Shown: positions 56,919 to 64,000 of the stretch, piece after piece
Layout: every line of letters starts with the position of its first letter
Position numbering within the stretch: position 1 is the stretch's first letter
NCBI GenBank assembly: GCA_963699545.1
Contig: CAVOUE010000003.1
Span: 512,001-576,000, forward strand
Direction of reading: 5' to 3'
Origin: Nitrospirota bacterium
Lineage (GTDB): Bacteria; Nitrospirota; Thermodesulfovibrionia; Thermodesulfovibrionales; UBA9159
Length of the DNA stretch: 64,000 nt
Notes under the pieces: generated by a model
The model's database searches: none
The model's input: only the letters and a program-made list of their open reading frames with translations
Told to the model about the DNA's origin: nothing
Program-made: the position numbers and the translations under genes

Positions 56919-57698
56919 ATGTATAAAATGTTACTGTCACTGGTTGTTACTGTACTGCTGTTGCCGGTATCGTACTCGTACGGCTTCAGCACGCAGGGCG
57001 AAGACTGCTCAAAATGTCATACCCTTACGAAAGATGATGCAGCTACCCTGCTGAAAGACCTGATTCCGAACGTGAAGGTTCTGGAAGTCAGGGTGGTCCC
57101 TGTAAAGGGCCTGTGGGAAGTGGATATAGAGTCGGGCGGCAAGAAAGGGCCTCTCTATGTTGATTTCTCCAAGAAGTACATTGTATCGGGCTCCATTGTC
57201 ACTATCAAGGAGAAAAAGAACCTCACCCAGGAAAGGGCTGAAGAGCTTAACAAGGTAGTCCTGTCGCAGGATGATGTGTCAAAGATCCCGCTCGATGACG
57301 CCCTCGTGATGGGTGACAAGAGCGCCAAGCATAAAGTGATCGTTTTTGACGATCCTGACTGACCCTACTGCGGAAAACTTCATCAGGAGATGAAGAAGGT
57401 CATAGCAGAGAGGAAAGACGTTGTCTTTTATGTAAAGATGTTCCCCCTGCCGATGCACAAGGGAGCATATGATAAGGCAAAGGCCATTGTGTGTGAAAAG
57501 TCCATCACCCTTCTTGAGGATGCTTTTGCCAAGAAGGAAATCCCGAAGCCGAAATGCGATACCAAAGTGATCGACGAGAATATTGCCCTGGCCCAGAAAC
57601 TGGGTATTTCGGGCACCCCCGCGCTGATCTTTCCCGACGGCAAGGTGGTTCCGGGGGCGGTCGATGCCAAGGCCCTCATGGAAATGATCGGGAAATGA
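56919..57698 (+). CDS. dsbC: DsbC-family thiol:disulfide isomerase, probable selenoprotein (UxxC)
   Basis: Two same-frame ORFs joined by TGA (57360-57362) at the first Cys position: FDDPD-U-PYC; downstream FPLPMH and GISGTP; signal peptide. Confidence 0.82.
57378..57395 (+). promoter_or_regulatory. putative bacterial SECIS hairpin
   Basis: CTTCATC-AGGA-GATGAAG, a perfect 7-bp stem with a G-containing loop, 22 nt after the UGA. Confidence 0.6.
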
Positions 57699-57730
57699 CA
57701 GCGTATACCCTGTGAGATAGAGTATTCAAG

Positions 57731-57759
57731 ACGAGGGGTCTGAAGTCCTGACCCCTCGT
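57731..57759 (+). terminator. hairpin between dsbC and the tRNA (terminator or processing signal)
   Basis: ACGAGGGGTC-tgaagtcct-GACCCCTCGT followed by GTCTGTTT. Confidence 0.5.
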
Positions 57760-57767
57760 GTCTGTTT

Positions 57768-57854
57768 GCCGAAGTGGCGGAACTGGCAGACGCGCTAGGT
57801 TCAGGGTCTAGTGGTCGCAAGGCCGTGCGGGTTCGAGTCCCGCCTTCGGCACCA
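57768..57854 (+). tRNA. tRNA-Leu(CAG)
   Basis: GCCGAAG/CTTCGGC acceptor stem, anticodon loop TT-CAG-GG, long variable arm, GTTCGAG T-loop, encoded CCA. Confidence 0.96.
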
Positions 57855-57884
57855 ATTCTTCTCTTAAACATCAATACGTTCATG

Positions 57885-57956
57885 TGTCGCGGAACCATAA
57901 CTTGTCGCAAACGACAGATTATGGTTCATTTACACGGTGCGACAAAATATGGTTCC
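57885..57956. repeat. transposon end with three putative TnsB-binding repeats
   Basis: GGAACCATAACTTGTCGCA (57891-57909); inverted copies CGACAGATTATGGTTC (57912-57927) and TGCGACAAAATATGGTTCC (57938-57956). Confidence 0.78.
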
Positions 57957-58226
57957 AAGGTGTTACGCCCTAAATGGGGATATCTTTAATAACGGCAGCC
58001 GATTACACGTAGTAACCCTTTTTCTTGGGCTCCATGGGATAAAACTGAGAGGTAATCACTGACGAATAATATATTTGTAAGGTTTCACTAGGGTGGAACT
58101 GCTTGAGTTCTGGCATAACGTCAAGGAAGCAGAGCCCGACGTTATCGTTATAAAAGAGATTTTGGGCGGCTAGGTCGCTAACGAACTACTGTATGCGGTG
58201 GCATGACATCACCGCTGAGACCGTTC

Positions 58227-58616
58227 CTATTCATCTCTACCGTTCGTCTCTTCTTTGTACTTTCTCCGCAATTGAGACAGGGCGAGAGCATCGACCGTCA
58301 TGCCGGCATATGCCACAGCTATCCCAAAGAGTATTACGAGATCCAGAATATAGAACTTTGCGGCTCCATCTGAAAAACCATGCAAGATAATCCTGCATAT
58401 TATGAGAGCAGCGACGATAATAAATACGACTATCGACCAGTACACCACACGTCGTACTGGAATTTTAAAGGTAGCGCCCGTTGTCGCATTTTCAGCTGCC
58501 TCAAGGGTCTTCTGAGCGTTGTATATGGCACCCATGACCAGGACCAACACGATAAAGGGTGGAGCGTTTCCGTCTATCAGACCGCTGAGTTTGTGCGCCT
58601 CGATCACTTCTTGCAA
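58227..58616 (-). CDS. hypothetical membrane protein (about 3 TM), transposon cargo
   Basis: 129 aa with three hydrophobic stretches; overlaps the upstream cargo gene by 13 nt. Confidence 0.65.
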   Translation of the reverse strand: MQEVIEAHKLSGLIDGNAPPFIVLVLVMGAIYNAQKTLEAAENATTGATFKIPVRRVVYWSIVVFIIVAALIICRIILHGFSDGAAKFYILDLVILFGIAVAYAGMTVDALALSQLRRKYKEETNGRDE

Positions 58617-59404
58617 CCTGTGCTCCTCAGCTTCTGTATCTCTGCCACACTGTAGTCGTTAAAATCCTTCAGACCATTAATGTCGATACATTGTTTGACC
58701 TGCTCAAGTTCCTGCTGCGACAAAAGCAGGTAGTCTTTGTCACGGACACATTTCGCGAATGGCATGGCAGACTTCTTCATCCGTCGGGTCCGGCGAATGT
58801 AATTCTTCACCTCGTATCTGTTCTCCCGGAAATGCACAGACTGTCTGTGGGGCTCGTTGGGCGCATGCGGATATTCAAAGTATAGCTCCCCAGTGTAGAG
58901 GTTTGCTCTGAAATGTCTGTTATGCCGAGTGGGCATCACATACAGGTCGACCAGCCCGTGCGCTGCAGCCGTAAGGGCAAAAGACTCCTGATTGTCGTCC
59001 ACCAAAAAGACCGGGCCCGCGAGCATCGTCACTGGTACGTTCGCTTCCTTCAAGATGCGCAAACGGTCATAGAAATCCTGGCCGTACACCCTCGGTGCTG
59101 CCTCTCCGGCCACAATGACAATCTTTTCTTTATAAAGAAGGTTGTCCAGCCATTTGCCGGACAGGAACTTGTATCCCGTTGTGCCCCTCGGAAAGTTCAG
59201 GAAGCGAAGCACCATTTCCTTGCGGGGCGTGTCATAGGCGATAACAGTGTATTTGAACGAGCTCCCGAAAAACAGGTCTCGGAACCAGAGAACAAAGACC
59301 GCCGGTGGCAGTATAATAACGGCAAAGAGCAGGAGAAAAAGGTTAATGCCCGAGAGGTTGCGGAAAAAATCTACAACTTGTTGCGCTATCCCTTGCAGTT
59401 CCAC
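58604..59404 (-). CDS. hypothetical membrane-anchored protein, possibly a degenerate PLD-like fold; transposon cargo
   Basis: 266 aa; N-terminal TM helix; IVIVAGE, TMLAGP, RHF, EYPH; G-rich RBS upstream. Confidence 0.7.
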   Translation of the reverse strand: MELQGIAQQVVDFFRNLSGINLFLLLFAVIILPPAVFVLWFRDLFFGSSFKYTVIAYDTPRKEMVLRFLNFPRGTTGYKFLSGKWLDNLLYKEKIVIVAGEAAPRVYGQDFYDRLRILKEANVPVTMLAGPVFLVDDNQESFALTAAAHGLVDLYVMPTRHNRHFRANLYTGELYFEYPHAPNEPHRQSVHFRENRYEVKNYIRRTRRMKKSAMPFAKCVRDKDYLLLSQQELEQVKQCIDINGLKDFNDYSVAEIQKLRSTGCKK

Positions 59405-59438
59405 GAATCCACCCCCCCCTCCGTCGTACTATCTACTG

Positions 59439-59467
59439 AATTTACCAGACTATTTTGAAATTGTCAA
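59439..59467 (-). promoter_or_regulatory. sigma70 promoter for the cargo operon
   Basis: Minus-strand TTGACA-17 nt-TAAATT upstream of the cargo RBS. Confidence 0.6.
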
Positions 59468-59579
59468 GGGCTTGTACTGGGCGTGTCAAGGCAAAGCCTA
59501 GGTCCGAGGCCATCGTAAAAGCAATTTCCAATCAGTGATGGATGTTCGAACTGAGCGGAATATCCATCTCAGGGAGTAG

Positions 59580-60983
59580 TCAATTGAGCCTTAATCGGCA
59601 GCCGCTACCCGTGAGATTAGTAATCACTTCCTCGCAGATTCTCTTGCACGCTGCCCTTTCGTCCGGCTTCTGGCTGACTGTATCTCTGCCCCCGATATCT
59701 AAAGCAACTAATTTTTGCGTTGGCCGTATCCCTTGATGTATTAGCCTGACTGCGCTTTCTTTGTACAGGGCGCACTTATCCTCAAACTTCCGGTTTTTCA
59801 AGGAGTGCCGGTGTGCTTGAAACCGCTCATTCATTTTCCTGGCAAGAGCTCCGAATGTACGAAAAAGAGTGCGGCGGCTGACACCAATCTTCATGGCTGC
59901 TACAGCCACACTGACCGGAGGGTTCACACTCACAAGCGTTTCGAGTTGCCGCTTCACTGCCTTTCTATCGAATCTCCGCGTCTCTCTTTCACGAAAGGAC
60001 CTTCGGCTGCTCGTATGCGCGTTGACAATCTCTGTTCCTTCAAAATCAACATGAGCCCCCAGCATCACATCAGCTATGGAACACCCGCACGAATACGCGA
60101 TCTCAACTGTCTGTGGAAAGGTTGGTAAGAACCCGCCGTTCATCCATCCATGTAACGTGGTTTTCTTGATGCCCAACAGCCGTCCAAAGATAGCCGCTTT
60201 TCCTCCGGCAAAATGCCGTACAGCATCTCTAAGGAACGCAGGGATCCCGCAACCAGCAACGCCATGAGCATCAGCCTTCAGCATCTTCATATCGCCTAAC
60301 AGGTCCGCTACGAGTTGCGCCCGGTCCACTTCATCCTGCGAGGCGCTTTTTATCAATGCTTCATAATTTCGTGTCAGGAAGCGCCCGCAGGAGTCACAAT
60401 ATCCCGATAGGTGTTTAATCTGTCGTGTCAACAGAGGCGATAACCCACTGCATTCGCATCGGTTGATCAACTTGATCCTGTGTTTTGGACAGGCATCGAC
60501 AGCCGCGATTGCCCAAAGAAGCTGCCCGTAGACCCTGCCCTCTTTAGCCGCTTCCTCAAAACACAGCGGGCACCATTTCTTTGCCTGGCTGGTAAGCCGC
60601 TGCTTGTTCGTATACGGCCTCAAAGGAACCAGTGTCAGATCAACAAGGTTTGCCTGCCCTGTCAGCTCGCTCAGGACCTTCGCCCATCTCTCCGGTGGGG
60701 CGCCGATCCCATTGAACAACGGCATGTTCCATACGGTGAAGGCGCCATCGCTTCGGCGCTCACCTTCGCCGACCATTCGCGGGATTATCAGTTCTCTCGC
60801 CAGGGTCTTAGGCGACAGATGGTGAAGATGGGCAAGGGCAAGATAATAACTGCTGAGGCTTTCCCTGTATGGGGTTCCCATCCCCATCGGCTTTAGTGAC
60901 GCCAGAACTGATCTCGAGGGGACCCGTGCATACGGGTCCCCTCCTACCAACGGATAATCCTCGAGCTCGTCGATTGCCGTCAC
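59580..60983 (-). CDS. tniQ: TniQ/TnsD target-selector protein (long form)
   Basis: PMGMGTPYRESLSSY, WCPLC, ACPKH, CEC..CDSC zinc motifs, C-terminal HTH-like regions; 467 aa. Confidence 0.88.
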   Translation of the reverse strand: MTAIDELEDYPLVGGDPYARVPSRSVLASLKPMGMGTPYRESLSSYYLALAHLHHLSPKTLARELIIPRMVGEGERRSDGAFTVWNMPLFNGIGAPPERWAKVLSELTGQANLVDLTLVPLRPYTNKQRLTSQAKKWCPLCFEEAAKEGRVYGQLLWAIAAVDACPKHRIKLINRCECSGLSPLLTRQIKHLSGYCDSCGRFLTRNYEALIKSASQDEVDRAQLVADLLGDMKMLKADAHGVAGCGIPAFLRDAVRHFAGGKAAIFGRLLGIKKTTLHGWMNGGFLPTFPQTVEIAYSCGCSIADVMLGAHVDFEGTEIVNAHTSSRRSFRERETRRFDRKAVKRQLETLVSVNPPVSVAVAAMKIGVSRRTLFRTFGALARKMNERFQAHRHSLKNRKFEDKCALYKESAVRLIHQGIRPTQKLVALDIGGRDTVSQKPDERAACKRICEEVITNLTGSGCRLRLN

Positions 60984-62074
60984 GCCGCCTTCTTCTCGGT
61001 AGCGGTTTTGGCGATCAGTATCCTCGAGCCGAAGATGGTCTTCTCAATTTCTACCTCTCCCTTCAATGTCTCTTCGAGGATGGATGTGACCTGCCCTTCG
61101 GTAAGTAGCGCCTTTGCGAGACAGGCATCCGACCATTTCCCATTGTTCTGTAAAAGAGCGAACGCAAGTGCCCTTTGCATAGTTTCCTTCATTGTGCCCA
61201 CACAGCCAATGCAGGACTGTATCAGCTCACCGGACCACGGCGTCAGGTCTGGAACTCCTTTGATCGGATAGAATGCCTGCAGTTTGGCGATGCTTTTCGT
61301 AAACGCCTTCTCGTCCTCCGGAATTCCCGGGCGGTACCTCTGAAAGTGCACAATGGCGGTCCGCCGCGCAACCTGACCGCTCAGGCCCATCAACTGATAA
61401 AGGTCGTAGGAGCCGATCAATGCCAGGGTGAGGTTAACCCCTTCGAGCACGGTCAACGCCTTCAATGCGTCCATGTGAGCGGCCAGCGCATCCCCTCTCG
61501 CATTCCGTATGAGATGGACTGCCTCATCGATGATGACCAGGAGAGTGTTTCGGTAACGCAGGGCATCTTCAACGGCCATCCGGAGTCCGGCCACGGTACT
61601 CCCACCAGTGACTTGCTTTACGGACAGGCGGCCGTCAGAAAGCCGGAATTCCTGCTTCTTGTCAATCAACGGATCGATGAGAGCCTTCCCGAGTTTGATG
61701 TAAAAAATACGCCAGGCAAATTTCTTCTCTCCGGAAGACGGCGCAGAGATCATAACTGCAGGAATAAAACTCAGGTCCTCCAACATTTCAGCATGATGCG
61801 CTTTGATGATCCGCTCCAGAAGCGATGTTCCAAGCGTTGTCTTGCCTGCCCCAGTCGGGCCGATCACCAGGGCAATATCCGTCCCAGATCCCGGCAGGAC
61901 CATGGTTCCCAGGTCGTCAAGGATCGACGCCACCCTTGGGTGTTTCACCCGCACCCGCCAGAAATAGGCAAGCTTTTCATCATTAGAAGAGAGTAGCATT
62001 GCCTCCTCAGGGGTCATGTCTTTCGGATTAATCGCTGGGTTGATCTTAGAATAGTTCGTATTCTTCCTCCTCAA
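60980..62074 (-). CDS. tnsC: TnsC/TniB AAA+ ATPase
   Basis: Walker A GPTGAGKT, Walker B LVIIDEA, QVARR, GCVG; lies between the transposase and tniQ. Confidence 0.9.
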   Translation of the reverse strand: MRRKNTNYSKINPAINPKDMTPEEAMLLSSNDEKLAYFWRVRVKHPRVASILDDLGTMVLPGSGTDIALVIGPTGAGKTTLGTSLLERIIKAHHAEMLEDLSFIPAVMISAPSSGEKKFAWRIFYIKLGKALIDPLIDKKQEFRLSDGRLSVKQVTGGSTVAGLRMAVEDALRYRNTLLVIIDEAVHLIRNARGDALAAHMDALKALTVLEGVNLTLALIGSYDLYQLMGLSGQVARRTAIVHFQRYRPGIPEDEKAFTKSIAKLQAFYPIKGVPDLTPWSGELIQSCIGCVGTMKETMQRALAFALLQNNGKWSDACLAKALLTEGQVTSILEETLKGEVEIEKTIFGSRILIAKTATEKKAA

Positions 62075-64000
62075 TATCGGCCATCGGTTCCTGGACCGCT
62101 GGCGCTGAAGTATCTATAACCGAAGACGAAGGCTGAGGCACAGGGGGGCATGCCAGATCAGTAGGAGACTGGGGCGTAAGATCCTCCACCGTCGTCATGC
62201 CCAGGCGCTCATACACTATCCGCGCCTCACTCTGCTGCTCCCTCAGCCTTTCGTCGAAATTCCTTGCATCCAGTACCGTCATCCATTCAGCTATACGTTC
62301 GGGCGATAGGTCCTTCTTTTGGATATTGTGCTCTTTCGCCAGCTCTTCAAAGGCATAGCGCAGCTCTATCACGGTATACTGTCGGAGCCGCCAAGCCAGT
62401 TTGGACTCGCATTTATGCCACTGCTTGTTTACCAATGCATATACGAACCTCACATCCCATGGATCGATCCGGATATCGACGGGGTTCTTATCCAGGCTGG
62501 CAGCCCTGAAGGCATTGCTCCAGTACCAGATATGATTGATCTTGACGCCGCGCTGGCCGTCAATAATGCGGGTCCCCTGGGCGTCAGGCGCCGGGCATGT
62601 CTCGATAAGGAACAGACGGTCGAAGCGGACAATGCGGTGCAGGCGCATCCCGGTATCAGTCATCCGTGTTACGAAGTGCTTCACAGGCTCCTCCCCATGC
62701 GCCGGATGATTCTCGGTGCCGTAGAGATTCTGGAAATAGTAGTCCAGCGCGCCATGCAGTGCCGGCAGCGTCCATTCCACAAAGTTCTTCGGGTTTACGG
62801 ATTTGGTGACGGTGCGGACGTGCTTCATGAGCTGGGTATTACCTTTCATATTATGGATTAGCTGAGATTGGGTCGTTCCGAAGAGACGCTCCATTACCGA
62901 GCCGTGACGCGGCTGGCCTGCCGGACGATACCTGATGCTGCACCCATAAAGCTTGCAAACACGCTTGAACTCACGCGACTTAAAGTCTTTTCCGTTGTCC
63001 AAAATGAGCATATCAGGCATACGTCCGTGCCTTCTCACGATATCGCGAAGGACCATCATGCAGGATTTGTAGCTCGGCGGCTCAAAGGACAAATAAAAGC
63101 CGACCACCCTGCGGGATTCGGCGTCGATTGCCAGGGAAAGCCAGGCATGCCACTTTGAGTTCTTTTGCCTGGGGGAGCGGAGCAGGATATCCAGCGGCGT
63201 ATGATCGATATGCACATACTGGAACGGACGGACACCATGTATGGCCTCGGTGAGCTTCAGATACCAGACGATGGGCTGGGTCTGGTAAAAGGCCCTTTTG
63301 CCCTTGCGCTGACGAATAGATATAAGTCTGTCGACTTCCTTATTGAAGGTCTTTTGCGAGCAGGGCTTCAGACCGAGTGACTGACAAACACCCAGGAACT
63401 CTTTGTACGCCGCACTTTTGTTGATGTTGGTGGGAGTGTTGACTTCCTTTTTAACGAAATCTTTTATCGCAGCGATCAGGGCCTGCGGAATCTTCCGGAG
63501 TCGGTTTCCACGGTCCATCAGCTTCGGAACGAGGGCCAGCATCTGATCAATGGCGCTTTCTCCTGCTTCCTTAGCGGCTTTCCGGAGGCGCTGCATGGTG
63601 CGTTTAGATTTTGTAACAAACTGTGGCGCTACGCCGGCATATTCAAGCTGCCGTGCTCTTTCGAGCGCCGCGTCCATATACTTGGGTGATATGGCGGCTA
63701 TTGGTTCATCATTCGAATCGTGATGCACAGAGGATCTGATAATGAGCTTGCCGGCCGCATACTGCTTTTCCAATACTTCCAGCGAAAGCTCAGTGGTGCC
63801 GTCATCTGTCGAGAGCATTACGGACTTCTGCCCCACAAGATCAATCCGATAGGTCCTGCCGTCATAATCGACTTCCGTCCCTACAGCAAACGATACGTCA
63901 AGACGATCTGGCTCATTGATATTGCTGGCAGATTCAATCCTTTGATAAAATGCAAGCGTGGTCTTATCGCGATAAACACGCGCCCTCTGCGTCTCGGCGA
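62046..64000 (-). CDS. tnsB: TnsB-type DDE transposase, 5'-truncated by the window edge (probable TnsA-TnsB fusion)
   Basis: HIDHT, LDNGKDF, MERLFG DDE triad and a Mu-type C-terminus; the frame is open to position 64000. Confidence 0.9.
   Translation of the reverse strand, partial: AETQRARVYRDKTTLAFYQRIESASNINEPDRLDVSFAVGTEVDYDGRTYRIDLVGQKSVMLSTDDGTTELSLEVLEKQYAAGKLIIRSSVHHDSNDEPIAAISPKYMDAALERARQLEYAGVAPQFVTKSKRTMQRLRKAAKEAGESAIDQMLALVPKLMDRGNRLRKIPQALIAAIKDFVKKEVNTPTNINKSAAYKEFLGVCQSLGLKPCSQKTFNKEVDRLISIRQRKGKRAFYQTQPIVWYLKLTEAIHGVRPFQYVHIDHTPLDILLRSPRQKNSKWHAWLSLAIDAESRRVVGFYLSFEPPSYKSCMMVLRDIVRRHGRMPDMLILDNGKDFKSREFKRVCKLYGCSIRYRPAGQPRHGSVMERLFGTTQSQLIHNMKGNTQLMKHVRTVTKSVNPKNFVEWTLPALHGALDYYFQNLYGTENHPAHGEEPVKHFVTRMTDTGMRLHRIVRFDRLFLIETCPAPDAQGTRIIDGQRGVKINHIWYWSNAFRAASLDKNPVDIRIDPWDVRFVYALVNKQWHKCESKLAWRLRQYTVIELRYAFEELAKEHNIQKKDLSPERIAEWMTVLDARNFDERLREQQSEARIVYERLGMTTVEDLTPQSPTDLACPPVPQPSSSVIDTSAPAVQEPMADIEEEEYELF

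Larger units (their letters stand above)
57885..64000 (-). mobile_element. Tn7-like transposon inserted downstream of tRNA-Leu; runs off the window
   Basis: TGT terminus with repeated AACCATA..TGTCG sites 31 bp after the tRNA; tnsB-tnsC-tniQ genes. Confidence 0.85.

Noticed and set aside
57428-57989. ORFs overlapping the tRNA
   Set aside because: Spurious translations of tRNA-Leu and the transposon end
58112-58150. Integron attC-like site (ATAACGTC..GACGTTAT)
   Set aside because: Only an 8-bp inverted repeat, too short for attC, single copy, and no integrase in view
57957-59580. CRISPR array or CAST homing spacer near the Tn7-like genes
   Set aside because: No repeated 25-40 nt units and no cas genes found by eye

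Overview
Bacterial chromosome segment. Gene content suggests an anaerobic Nitrospirota/Thermodesulfovibrionia-like organism, but that is an inference. Many core genes, mostly at 5-34 kb, are broken by small indels that look like long-read assembly errors. Contents in order: a GEMM-I (c-AMP-GMP-type) riboswitch ahead of a CBS-domain gene; a 38-nt sigma70 promoter duplicated 3.1 kb apart; a small island with DpnI-like and BglII-like nucleases and no methyltransferase; groESL with a CIRCE element; a leftward cluster encoding a heme-c sensor kinase, DRTGG/Ser-kinase/PHP proteins, a REC-NuoE fusion, a 2Fe-2S ferredoxin, a HydB-type NuoF and a NuoG/FdhF-like subunit, divergent from nuoABCD-(cNMP-binding gene)-nuoHIJKLMN; housekeeping genes (folC, lptD, clpSA, aat, RpoD-like sigma, mtnA, NRAMP); a transglutaminase-like/Zn-phospholipase-C-like fusion; a probable DsbC selenoprotein (UxxC plus SECIS-like hairpin); and tRNA-Leu(CAG). 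About 30 bp after the tRNA lies the end of a Tn7-like transposon (probable TnsA-TnsB fusion, TnsC, long TniQ/TnsD) carrying an uncharacterised two-gene membrane cargo operon.
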